Virus record (IMG/VR): IMGVR_UViG_3300037350_000041 | Location: 1-54,087 of that record | Origin: a virus | Taxonomy: Duplodnaviria; Caudoviricetes | Reading direction: 5' to 3' (one strand) | DNA length: 54,087 nucleotides | Shown here: in pieces, positions 45,790 to 54,035 of the stretch | Numbering within the stretch: position 1 is the stretch's first letter | How the letters are laid out: each line of letters starts with the position of its first letter | Notes under the pieces: generated by a model | What the model was told of the DNA's origin: nothing | The model's input: only the letters and a program-made list of their open reading frames with translations | Databases searched by the model: none | Made by a program: the position numbers and the translations under genes

Positions 45790-46142
45790 GGCGCCAACTC
45801 ACCCGCGCATGCGGCGCCGAGCTTCCTGAGAATGCCGGCGAGCACGGTCCGATGGCAGCGCGCTGGGTCAGTGCAGTAGCAGGTGAGCACGACGCGAGGA
45901 CGGGAGAGCAGATCCGACCACGACTGCGTGTTTTGGACGTACGAGAGGCGCATCTCGGCGGTGTACGCGAGGACGTAATCGGTCCAGTCGTTGTCCATTA
46001 GCGTGCCGCGTCGCCGCTTTTCCAGGTACGGGCCAAGCAGCGTCCACGACGGCGCGAACGCCCTGACGCCGCTTTTGGCGGTGATGTCGAAGGCATCCGG
46101 GTCGCGGATCGAAGTCCGCGCTGTGTGGACAACGAGAGTCAT
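45786..46142 (-). CDS. DUF488 (YeaO)-family protein
   Basis: HTAR, DIT.KSG...FAPSW.LL, W..Y...Y..EM, VVLTCYC.....CHR..LA..L. Confidence 0.8.
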   Translation of the reverse strand: MTLVVHTARTSIRDPDAFDITAKSGVRAFAPSWTLLGPYLEKRRRGTLMDNDWTDYVLAYTAEMRLSYVQNTQSWSDLLSRPRVVLTCYCTDPARCHRTVLAGILRKLGAACAGELAP

Positions 46143-46552
46143 CCCGCAGCCCTCCCCCGCTCCGTCCGCAGCAAGTGCAGCCATAGGTCCCCCACGCTCG
46201 CGAATCGCCGCGCGTCGGGCAAAAGCAAGATGCTCGGCAGGAGCACATCCGGAGCCGTGGGCGCCGCGAGTAGCGGAACGCCTCGGCCGAGCGCGTAGCC
46301 GGCCTCCAGGAACGACCCAACGCGCCCGGACGGAGGTCCGTAGAGGAGCGCGACGGTGGTGGCCTGGTGGAGCTCTTGGAAGCAACGGGCGGCGAGGGCG
46401 CGCTGGTCGCGTTGGAGCATGGCGGCCTCGTCGGCGATCGTCGGGTTCGCGTCGTGCCACGATGAGCAACAGTCGATGCTGTGCCGGCGAAGATCGGCGG
46501 CGAGATGCGCGGCGATCGGGGCGAGGGGGAGTGCGGCGGCGAGGTAGATCAT
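46139..46552 (-). CDS. Nucleoside 2-deoxyribosyltransferase-like protein
   Basis: MIYLAA, SSW, G...EAGYALGRG.P. Confidence 0.7.
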   Translation of the reverse strand: MIYLAAALPLAPIAAHLAADLRRHSIDCCSSWHDANPTIADEAAMLQRDQRALAARCFQELHQATTVALLYGPPSGRVGSFLEAGYALGRGVPLLAAPTAPDVLLPSILLLPDARRFASVGDLWLHLLRTERGRAAG

Positions 46553-46728
46553 TGAGCGAGCTTCTGTTGCTTGGGTTGGGTCACGATTGCTTCAGCCTCG
46601 GCGTGTGAGATGCGGCACCCATCGGCAACGATGGCGACGCGCTCTCCGTGCTCGGCGCAGAGGTGATCCGTGTACGCGCGAGGGCGTCCACAGGGCTGCG
46701 CTGAGCACGGGAGAGCGGCGGCGGGCAT
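46549..46728 (-). CDS. 59-aa Zn-finger-like protein
   Basis: C....C.........LC..H then ERVAI; coupled at both ends. Confidence 0.5.
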   Translation of the reverse strand: MPAAALPCSAQPCGRPRAYTDHLCAEHGERVAIVADGCRISHAEAEAIVTQPKQQKLAQ

Positions 46729-47135
46729 CAGAAGCCGGGCGGGAAGTCGTTGTCGTCGCCGTATCCAAGATCGTCACCAGCGGGTGCGGGCCTGCCTCCG
46801 CCGCCCTTGCTGCCAGCTAGCAGCACGTTCGTGGCGTTGACCTCCGTCGAGTAGTGCTTCTGCCCTTCCTTCTCGTAGCTCGATGTGCGCAGCGAGCCCT
46901 CCACGAAGACGGACGACCCCTTCGTCAGGATTCGGCTCAGCGCCTCGCCGCGTTTCCCCCAGATCGTCACGCGGTGCCACTCGGTGCGCTCCTGCCATGC
47001 CTTGTTCGCGTCCAGGTAGCGCTCCGTTGTCGCCATGCGGATCTTGAGCACGGCTGTACCACCTTGCGTCGTGCGTAGTTCCGGATCGGCGCCAATGTTT
47101 CCGAACAGCATCACCCTGTTGAGTCCCTCAGACAT
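46728..47135 (-). CDS. ssb: Single-stranded DNA-binding protein
   Basis: LNRVML.GN.GADPELR, ERTEWHRV..WG, KGS.V.VEG.LRT, acidic tail DDNDFPPGF. Confidence 0.97.
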   Translation of the reverse strand: MSEGLNRVMLFGNIGADPELRTTQGGTAVLKIRMATTERYLDANKAWQERTEWHRVTIWGKRGEALSRILTKGSSVFVEGSLRTSSYEKEGQKHYSTEVNATNVLLAGSKGGGGRPAPAGDDLGYGDDNDFPPGF

Positions 47136-47913
47136 GTGCATCTCCTTCGGCGAGCCACTCCGGCATCGCGCTTCCAATCTGTTCCTTCCGCGCGAGATTC
47201 GCGGGGCAGGTCTTGCGTAGCGGGCACCACTTCTCGTCGCACCATGGGCCGGGCGTTGGGCCTGCTTCGGGCAGGCGATCCATCAGCCCCCGAAGCCGGT
47301 GCATGTGCGCGTCGAGTTCCATCTCATCGAGGTTGTGCGGCTGTCCCTCGGGCTCTTCCGCGGCACGGTCGCCGCCGAGAAACAGGAGCGACACGTCAGC
47401 GTTGGGGACGCCGTGGTACAGCGACGCCGCGAGCCCCACGGTGCGGAGCTGTTCGTTGACCTCCACGCGCTCGACGAAATTCGGATTCCCGGTTTTCCAA
47501 TCCCAGGCACGCACGCGGTCCGACAGCACGAGATCGCCGTCCGCGGTGCCAGGGATCTGCATCGGGCCGACGTCGCCGTACTCGCGCTCGCCCAACGTCG
47601 TGATGACGGTCGCCGTTCGCGCGCCAAGGTCGAGCAGGTACTTCGTCTCGGATCGGATCGGCGGCTGTCTGATGCCAACCCACCAGTCGTGCCACCTGCG
47701 AAACATCGCCTTCGCGTCGCGCTCGGCGGCGGGTGGTAGATCAATGCACACGCCTTCGCCGCGCAACGTCCCCTCAATGAGCTTGTGCGCGCCCTGCCCG
47801 ATCTTGGCGGATCGGCTCGTGGGCTTCTCCGGCACGTCGACATCCGCACGAAACGGATACGAGCACCGGAGAGCCAGGCTCACCCCTGACATCGTGAGCC
47901 GATGGGCCTTCAC
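47128..47913 (-). CDS. PD-(D/E)XK Cas4-like exonuclease
   Basis: G...H..IE, GTAD, DWKTG, EQL, P.PG.WC...WCP....CP. Confidence 0.85.
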   Translation of the reverse strand: MKAHRLTMSGVSLALRCSYPFRADVDVPEKPTSRSAKIGQGAHKLIEGTLRGEGVCIDLPPAAERDAKAMFRRWHDWWVGIRQPPIRSETKYLLDLGARTATVITTLGEREYGDVGPMQIPGTADGDLVLSDRVRAWDWKTGNPNFVERVEVNEQLRTVGLAASLYHGVPNADVSLLFLGGDRAAEEPEGQPHNLDEMELDAHMHRLRGLMDRLPEAGPTPGPWCDEKWCPLRKTCPANLARKEQIGSAMPEWLAEGDAHV

Positions 47914-48866
47914 GCCGCGGACTCCGCTGCCGGCTTGGCGACGAGCGCGGCTTTGCGGGCTCGGTAGGCGTCGACGATGCGCTTGTCGTCCGGGCAGCCT
48001 CGGCCCAGCGCGTCGCGCATCTTCCCGAGCTTGTCGGCCATGCCGTCGAGCGCGTCGACCGTCGGAGCGTCTGCGATGGCCGCGAGCGCGGCGTCGAGCA
48101 CGAGGTTGGGCTCGTGCTGCGGAGCCGGGGCGGGCTCGGTCTGCGCGGGGCGTGACGCGGGCGACGGGGCCTTCTCGGCGCCGTCGTCGAGCCACGCCAG
48201 GAGCGGCGTCGCCACGTTCGCACCGGGCTTGTCGAACTCCTTCCCGGCGAGCGCGGAGCAACGCGACTTGGTGACAATGAACAGGTTGTCCTGCGTCATG
48301 TCGCCAACGACGTCGAACTCGTACTCCAGCCCGTCACGCTGAACGGGGGCCATGCCCACCTTGCGGATCGTGGTCTTGCCGGTGCGCTCGTCCTTTTCCT
48401 GGACGTACTCCATCTTGCTGCGCATCGTCACGAGCAAGTGTGCCTTGCAGGCGACCATCGCTTCGACCATCGCGGTCTGCTTCGGAGTGACGTCGCCCCA
48501 TGCGTTGAATCCGTTTCCGCCGCGCTTCTTCACTCGGTCGACCATCTCGAGCGCGCCGTCCTTGCCCATCCAGGCGTGCGAGAGCGAATCGATGACGATG
48601 ACGTCGTAGCCAGCTTGCTCCGCGGCGTGGATGGCGGCGACGTAGGTGTCCGGCGAGAACGAGTCGAGTTCCAATACGTCGAACGAGAAGTCGCTTGCAT
48701 ACTTCCGCGCGCTCCCGTGCTCGGTGTCGATGACGGCCATGCGCTGACCGAGTCGAGACCCAACCGCCAGCGCGCTGTACGTTTTGCCGGCGCCCGCGGG
48801 GCCGAGGAACGCGACCCGCGCCTTGAGCTTCTCTTTCGTTGCTTTCTTGAATGTGAATGCGGCCAT
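47910..48866 (-). CDS. Sak4-like AAA ATPase (single-strand annealing)
   Basis: F.KAT....KAR, GPAGAGKTYSAL, IDTE.GSA, VIVIDSLSHAW, GMAPVQRDGLEYEFD. Confidence 0.9.
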   Translation of the reverse strand: MAAFTFKKATKEKLKARVAFLGPAGAGKTYSALAVGSRLGQRMAVIDTEHGSARKYASDFSFDVLELDSFSPDTYVAAIHAAEQAGYDVIVIDSLSHAWMGKDGALEMVDRVKKRGGNGFNAWGDVTPKQTAMVEAMVACKAHLLVTMRSKMEYVQEKDERTGKTTIRKVGMAPVQRDGLEYEFDVVGDMTQDNLFIVTKSRCSALAGKEFDKPGANVATPLLAWLDDGAEKAPSPASRPAQTEPAPAPQHEPNLVLDAALAAIADAPTVDALDGMADKLGKMRDALGRGCPDDKRIVDAYRARKAALVAKPAAESAA

Positions 48867-48869
48867 TGT

Positions 48870-49223
48870 CTACTCCTGTTGTGAGCCTTCGTTGCTCGTG
48901 AATCTGTCGCTCTCCCCGCAGCACGCCGCGCAGCACGGACCGTCCGTGTCGCTGGCCACCGCGGGTTCTCCGCACCGGCACCATTCGGTTTCGTCGCGGG
49001 ACATCTCGTGGTCGAAGGCGCGCAGGCACTCCCCACCCGGCTCGCACCAGGGCGTGACCGGAATGCCGTCCACGTCGATCGCGTCGGCGAGCTCGCGCAC
49101 CTCGGCGACCACCCTGGCCACGCGGATCGCGTCGTAGATCGCGAGATCGTCGGCGTTGTGCGTGTGCGAGACCTTGGCGAACGCGTCGCTCTCGGCCGCG
49201 CGGAGGCGGGCGGAGAGGGTCAC
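48870..49223 (-). CDS. Cys-rich hypothetical protein
   Basis: C.CGEPA......CC.AC. Confidence 0.55.
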   Translation of the reverse strand: MTLSARLRAAESDAFAKVSHTHNADDLAIYDAIRVARVVAEVRELADAIDVDGIPVTPWCEPGGECLRAFDHEMSRDETEWCRCGEPAVASDTDGPCCAACCGESDRFTSNEGSQQE

Positions 49224-49777
49224 GACTCGTCCTCGTCGCTCGTGAACCGCGCGAGAAACATCTCATTGGACGGCAGGTCGTCGAGCGACCACGCGGCGGA
49301 GAGCTTGACCGGGAAGTACTCGCCGCCGGGCTTGTCGACCGGCGCATCGGCGAACCGCTCTCCGGTCGGCACAGGCTTCCTGTTGAAGCCCTCAAAAACC
49401 TCCAGCGATGCCTTGTCCAGGTCGACGACGTAGGCCCATTCGCAGAACAGCGAATCGCCTGCGAACGAGATCTGGTCCGCCAGCACCACCGGTCCCGCCG
49501 ACGTGCGGATCCTCTCCAGGATCGTGGCGCCGTGGTCTCGATCGCAGAACGGGAGATCCTTGAGCGTCTTGCCTTCGGCCTCACCGTCCGCGAGGAATCG
49601 GCAGCGCGACAGGTGCGCCTCCGCGAACGTCTTACGGCCCTCCGGCGTAGACAATCGCAGGCGGCAGAAGCCGAGGACGGTCATGCCCTGTGCGCCGGGG
49701 TACCCGTCCCACTGTCCATACTGCGCGACCTTGTAAGCGCCGCCGGAGTACACCGCGATCAGATGTCGTGTGCCCAT
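49220..49777 (-). CDS. Conserved phage protein of unknown function
   Basis: MGTRHLI.V.....KVAQYGQWDGYP..QG ... FA.DSLFCEWAYVVDLD...LEVF.G. Confidence 0.8.
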   Translation of the reverse strand: MGTRHLIAVYSGGAYKVAQYGQWDGYPGAQGMTVLGFCRLRLSTPEGRKTFAEAHLSRCRFLADGEAEGKTLKDLPFCDRDHGATILERIRTSAGPVVLADQISFAGDSLFCEWAYVVDLDKASLEVFEGFNRKPVPTGERFADAPVDKPGGEYFPVKLSAAWSLDDLPSNEMFLARFTSDEDES

Positions 49778-49784
49778 GTCTCCC

Positions 49785-50189
49785 TCACTCCGCGGCTTTC
49801 GCCGCCTCCGCAGTCGCCTTCTCGATCCGATCCATCGCGTCGAGCGCGACCGACGTGGCGCTGATCTCCGCGCCGGACATAGACCACGCGAGGTACGTCT
49901 CCAGGCCGCCGGCCTCGATGAGCCGCGCGATCCACATCTCGTGCGTCTCCGTGGCCGCATCCCGGCGCGGGGCGAGCGCGACGGCCTCCCTGTGGAGCAG
50001 CGTGTTCCGGCGCTGAGCCTCTCCGTGTCGCTGAATCAATTCGGATCGGGTCATCATCGGTTTCTCCTCCTCCAGGCTCCGCGTGGAGCCGCAGCTGTCA
50101 CAGGTGGCGAATCGCTCGCCGAGGTAGTCGTGGGGGCGCAGGGAGAGGGCGCCGGGGCAGGCGGGGATGGGGCAGCGTTGGGCGGTCAT
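49785..50189 (-). CDS. Hypothetical protein with N-terminal Zn ribbon
   Basis: CP...C ... CDSCG; alternative internal start near 50057. Confidence 0.5.
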   Translation of the reverse strand: MTAQRCPIPACPGALSLRPHDYLGERFATCDSCGSTRSLEEEKPMMTRSELIQRHGEAQRRNTLLHREAVALAPRRDAATETHEMWIARLIEAGGLETYLAWSMSGAEISATSVALDAMDRIEKATAEAAKAAE

Positions 50190-50389
50190 GCGGTGCCCTC
50201 TGCTTCCTCGGGTTCGTCCTCGCCGAGCAGCCCGAGCAGCGCCTGCCAGAGGCACACGGAGCACAGGATCGCTCCGTCCTTCGCGGTGAGAGGGTCCTTG
50301 CCTGAGCGCTCACACATCGAGACCCAGCGCTCCATCGCACCGGCGTCGAGCGTGTCCTTGCAGATCTTGCAGTAGGCGGAGAGCTTCAC
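50186..50389 (-). CDS. Small CxxC protein
   Basis: CKIC...CSVC. Confidence 0.6.
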   Translation of the reverse strand: MKLSAYCKICKDTLDAGAMERWVSMCERSGKDPLTAKDGAILCSVCLWQALLGLLGEDEPEEAEGTA

Positions 50390-50571
50390 GCGCGCCCCGC
50401 ATCTCTGAGCGCCGCCAGGTACGCCTCAGGGTCGCGCTCGTCGAGCGTCGCGACCGCCCACTGGCGCGCGTAGTAGGCGTGCTCTTCGGCGCGGCGATCG
50501 GCGCACGCCGCGCACTCGAATCCGTCCTCGCCGGCCGTGCAGCCGGTGACGTCCATGTTGCAGGCGCTCAC
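50386..50571 (-). CDS. Small Cys-rich protein
   Basis: C......C.......CAAC; L..LRDAGR. Confidence 0.55.
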   Translation of the reverse strand: MSACNMDVTGCTAGEDGFECAACADRRAEEHAYYARQWAVATLDERDPEAYLAALRDAGRA

Positions 50572-50822
50572 GACGCCCTCCGCTTCGCGTCCGCCGCCTC
50601 AGCCGTCGCGATGACCGCACGCCGCGCCACCCGCTCCAGCGCGTCGTACGCCGGGTGATTCGTCGCGATCGCCGGCGTCGTGTCGAAGTCCAGGCCGTAG
50701 TCGGTCAGCCACGCGCGGATTTCGTACGTCGTGCCGTCGATCTCCGCGGTGAGCGTCGTGTGGTGGCGCTCGGGCGGGAGGAGCGGACAGGGGCGCTCGG
50801 GGCGGAGGGCTCGGCGGGTCAC
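50568..50822 (-). CDS. Hypothetical protein
   Basis: GTGA-coupled; protein-like C-terminal part of ORF 50568-51380. Confidence 0.55.
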   Translation of the reverse strand: MTRRALRPERPCPLLPPERHHTTLTAEIDGTTYEIRAWLTDYGLDFDTTPAIATNHPAYDALERVARRAVIATAEAADAKRRAS

Positions 50823-51043
50823 GACGCACCTCCGTCGCAGCACGGCGAGCACTCCGCCCACTCGCCGCAGTCGGGGCACGGGCGTCGGAGACACGCGCGG
50901 CACATCCCGTCCACCACGGACCCGACCTCCCGGCAGAGCGGACACGTCGCGTCGCGGTGGTCGGCGAGGTCCTGCGCGAATTGCTCCGGGCTCGGACGGC
51001 GGGTGTAGACGACGCCGGGCATGGCGGGGTCGGACCAGATCAC
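50819..51043 (-). CDS. Small multi-CxxC protein
   Basis: CPLC, CRAC, CPDC, CSPCC. Confidence 0.55.
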   Translation of the reverse strand: MIWSDPAMPGVVYTRRPSPEQFAQDLADHRDATCPLCREVGSVVDGMCRACLRRPCPDCGEWAECSPCCDGGAS

Positions 51044-51417
51044 GACCGGGCTCCAATCTCGCTCGCGACCGTCGCGTCCGGCCGCATCCGCGCCTTGGCC
51101 AGCGCCGCGGCTCCGGCCTCGCTGTAGCGCTGCGAGTCCAGGATCTGGTCGTTGATCTCGCGGCCGGCTGCCTGGCGACGCTCGGCGATGTCCTCGGGCG
51201 CCACGGCGAACGCCTCCGGGTACGCGTCGACCTCCATGTCCACGCATTCGCAGGCGCCGATCTCCACCGACGCGCCGCGGGTGAGGGCGCAGTGAAGGCA
51301 GCAGACGCGGCTTGCGCAGCGGAGGCAGAGGCACTCGTCACCGGCGAAGTCCGCGGTGGTGAGGTCCGCGGGCCGGGCACAGGTGAGGAGGCCGCAGGGG
51401 GTGGGTTCGTGGCTCAT
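51040..51417 (-). CDS. First gene of leftward early operon, Cys-rich
   Basis: GGAG RBS downstream of PL; CLRC, CLHC, CEC. Confidence 0.6.
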   Translation of the reverse strand: MSHEPTPCGLLTCARPADLTTADFAGDECLCLRCASRVCCLHCALTRGASVEIGACECVDMEVDAYPEAFAVAPEDIAERRQAAGREINDQILDSQRYSEAGAAALAKARMRPDATVASEIGARS

Positions 51418-51443
51418 GATCTGTTCTCCGAGAAGGCGGAGAC

Positions 51444-51473
51444 AGATGTATTCGCGAATACGGATGTTGTCAA
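51444..51473 (-). promoter_or_regulatory. Leftward early promoter with perfect palindromic operator GTATTCGCGAATAC (51448-51461)
   Basis: TTGACA-17 nt-TACATC on minus strand; operator fills spacer and overlaps -10. Confidence 0.8.
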
Positions 51474-51568
51474 TATGGACGCGTCGATTCCTCGTGACCA
51501 TGACCGGGTATGTCCGCCCCTGGCCCATTCGGCCGCATCCAGGCGTACGCGCCAGCTAACATCGAAGC

Positions 51569-52531
51569 ATGACGAACGTTGGGGAGGCGGCGGTGTACGC
51601 GAGGGGCGTCGTCCGAGCGTTGGGCTTCGGCAACGATGGCTCCCCGCTGGTGCTCGCGCTCATCGAGCGCGCCATGGGGCGCGACGCGATTCACGAGGTG
51701 CCGAGGTTGGCCTCTGCACGAAAGGAAGGTGCCGTCTTCTTTCGCGTCGGGGGACGGTGGCGCGTGGCAGTTCGTAGGGAACTTCCGGACGACCGCGCGC
51801 ACTGGTCACTCGCGCTTGTTCTCGCACGGTGGTGCCTCGCACAGGACGGCGTGTCGGCGGATGATGCACGACGGTATCGGGCTCTCGTCGCTTCTGCGCT
51901 CATGCTCCCCCCGTGTGCCATGCGTTCGGCGATTCGTGACCGCGATCCGTTCGGGGTGTCGCGCTCTCTCGTTGTTCCAGTCGCGTCCACGTTGCTACGT
52001 CGCGCCGAGCTCGCGGACGTTCCGACGTTGGTCGTCAGGCCAGGCGCCTACGCGAGGGTGAGAGGTGACGCCGAAGGTAGGTTGCCGCGCGATCTCGCGA
52101 CCGCGGAGGCGTGGGCGTTCGGACCTCGCGTGCTTCGCACGAAGCGATGGATCATCCCCGGCGAAGCCGAACGCGCGGTGGAACTACCTCTGGCGGCGTT
52201 ACCGTTTCTTGGCGCTCTTCGGTTGCTCCTGGGCAGCAGGAATGGCTCGTGGGATTCGACGACGATTCTTGGCGGAGATGCTCGCGGGAGCGTTCTTGTG
52301 GTCGTCCGGCGCAACGGTTGTCTGCGGCAGTGCACCCGCCGCCTCTTCCCAGCCATCCGCGAACGCAGCCTGCTTCGCGCGTCGTTCGCTAAGCCAGAGG
52401 TAGAGCATTGCGGTGGCCGACTTCGGCGTGTCTATGCCGTCGAAGCTCTGGTCGCCCTGGAGGAAGTTGATCCTTTCCAGCTCCGACATCTTCTTTTCCT
52501 CGACAGCCCAGTTGGCCGCCTCCTTGGCTAG
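51569..52531 (+). CDS. ImmA/IrrE-like protein lacking HExxH; coherent portion ends near 52198
   Basis: V.V...LP..RAHWSLALVLARW where R.RFTLAHELGH is expected; A..ASALMLP; adjacent to repressor. Confidence 0.6.
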   Translation: MTNVGEAAVYARGVVRALGFGNDGSPLVLALIERAMGRDAIHEVPRLASARKEGAVFFRVGGRWRVAVRRELPDDRAHWSLALVLARWCLAQDGVSADDARRYRALVASALMLPPCAMRSAIRDRDPFGVSRSLVVPVASTLLRRAELADVPTLVVRPGAYARVRGDAEGRLPRDLATAEAWAFGPRVLRTKRWIIPGEAERAVELPLAALPFLGALRLLLGSRNGSWDSTTILGGDARGSVLVVVRRNGCLRQCTRRLFPAIRERSLLRASFAKPEVEHCGGRLRRVYAVEALVALEEVDPFQLRHLLFLDSPVGRLLG

Positions 52532-52855
52532 TCGATACCGCGCATCCGTCGTTCGTGGAGGGGCGACCGGGGTGACGACCTCGCTGGTTCCATCCGGCAG
52601 GTCGACAACGACATCGCGACCGCTCGACAGCCACGCGATCGAGACGCCAGCCGCCGTCGCGAGCTGCACCATCTCGTCGGAGCCAATGCCTGTCTGCGTG
52701 CCGCTTCTGAGCTTCGACATCGTGGCGCCTAGGTACGTCTCCTTGTCTTTGCCGAACGCCTTCGCCGACCACGCGCGACCGCTCGGAACGAGCTTCTGCT
52801 TGATGACGTAGCTGAGCCTGTCGAGGAGCAGCGGGATGTGCGGGAGCGGCGGCAC
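52199..52855 (-). CDS. CI-like XRE repressor (start uncertain)
   Basis: LLDRL...MVQLATAAGVSIAWLSSGR; divergent from Cro-like gene; no S24 peptidase motif visible. Confidence 0.65.
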   Translation of the reverse strand: MPPLPHIPLLLDRLSYVIKQKLVPSGRAWSAKAFGKDKETYLGATMSKLRSGTQTGIGSDEMVQLATAAGVSIAWLSSGRDVVVDLPDGTSEVVTPVAPPRTTDARYRLAKEAANWAVEEKKMSELERINFLQGDQSFDGIDTPKSATAMLYLWLSERRAKQAAFADGWEEAAGALPQTTVAPDDHKNAPASISAKNRRRIPRAIPAAQEQPKSAKKR

Positions 52856-52901
52856 ATCGAGAGCATGCCCGCACCAGCTACGGCCGTCGTCGGAATCGTA
52901 C

Positions 52902-52933
52902 TTGACTGCGACCGTATTCGCGCATACCCCTGT
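52902..52933 (+). promoter_or_regulatory. Rightward early promoter with operator GTATTCGCGCATAC (52914-52927)
   Basis: TTGACT-17 nt-TACCCC; same layout as the leftward promoter, operator 13/14 identical. Confidence 0.8.
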
Positions 52934-52943
52934 AGTCGAAACC

Positions 52944-53201
52944 ATGGCTACCTCCACGGCGCTCGGCCGTCGTCTCAAGCAAGCTCGCAAGCTCGCCGGT
53001 CTCACGTGTCGTGGTCTCGATCGGGCCTCTGGTCTGACCGAGGGTCACTGCAACTTGATCGAAAACGGGGAGCGAAAGCACCCGTCGGGCACAACGGTGG
53101 TGGCGCTGGCAAAGGCGCTCGGCATCACGTCGGAATGGTTGCTCGACGGCACCGGCGCGCCGCCAGTGGCAACGAGTGGCGAGGCGAAGGGTGCCGCGTG
53201 A
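52944..53201 (+). CDS. Cro-like XRE HTH protein
   Basis: LGRRLKQARKLAGLT...L...SGL......IENGER..P......LAKALGITSEWLLDG. Confidence 0.9.
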   Translation: MATSTALGRRLKQARKLAGLTCRGLDRASGLTEGHCNLIENGERKHPSGTTVVALAKALGITSEWLLDGTGAPPVATSGEAKGAA

Positions 53202-54031
53202 GCGCCGACGCTAAACCCACGATGCCGGTAGCCGTGCGCTCTGGCACGCGCGAGGTCATCGGCGGGATCACGCTCGACGCCTACGTGCTCGACGACGGTC
53301 GACGTGTTCTTTCGCAAGCCGGGATGGAGAGGGCGCTCGGTGCCGGAAAGCGCTCCTTCGGCCGCGTGCTCGCTAGATTGGGCAAAGAAAACAGCGCGTT
53401 GCCCTCTGTGCCGGTTTTTACGTTTCGCCTCGCCAGCGGAGCCCACGCCAACGGTTACGAGGCGTCTGCACTGGTCGACATCTGTCAGGCGTTTCAGGCG
53501 GCGTTCCTTGCTGGCACGCTTCACGCGTCTCAGGAGCCGATCGCCCGCGCTGCGATGGCGCTCCTCGCCGGTTTCGCGAAACTCGGCATCGACGCGTGGG
53601 TCGACGAGACGACCGGCTACCAGAAGTACCGCGACGGCACGGAGTTGGGCCGCCGGCTCACGGCATACATCCGCGCAGAGATGTCGGCGTGGCACCTCAC
53701 GTTCAAGCCCACTCTCGTGAAGGCACTCTGTCGTGTCTACGGCGAGACCTATGAGGGTGGTGCGCACCCGCCGTTCCTCAAGTCGGTGAACGACAAGATC
53801 TACCGATACGTCCTCGGCGATGAAGTGAAAGACGAAGTGAAGCTTCGTAATCCCGAACCGAGACACGGACAGAACCACCACCAATTGTTGCAGGATCCTG
53901 TCAAGCGAATGCTCGATTCCGAGTTGCGCATCGTCGAGACGTTGGCCCGCCAGAGCAGCAACAAGGACGAGTTCTGGAAGCGGATGGATTCGCACTACCG
54001 AGGACTCCCGTTCCAGACGGGATGGGCCTGA
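53198..54031 (+). CDS. P63C-domain protein (antirepressor-like)
   Basis: AYVLDDGRRVLSQ.G...AL, GY.A..L.DIC, A..GI.A.VDE.TGYQ..R, HHQ.L. Confidence 0.85.
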   Translation: MSADAKPTMPVAVRSGTREVIGGITLDAYVLDDGRRVLSQAGMERALGAGKRSFGRVLARLGKENSALPSVPVFTFRLASGAHANGYEASALVDICQAFQAAFLAGTLHASQEPIARAAMALLAGFAKLGIDAWVDETTGYQKYRDGTELGRRLTAYIRAEMSAWHLTFKPTLVKALCRVYGETYEGGAHPPFLKSVNDKIYRYVLGDEVKDEVKLRNPEPRHGQNHHQLLQDPVKRMLDSELRIVETLARQSSNKDEFWKRMDSHYRGLPFQTGWA

Positions 54032-54035
54032 GTGG

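Noticed and set aside
47128-47913. Cas4-like nuclease as part of a CRISPR system
   Set aside because: No repeat-spacer array or other cas genes seen; Sak4-nuclease-SSB context is a standard phage recombination module
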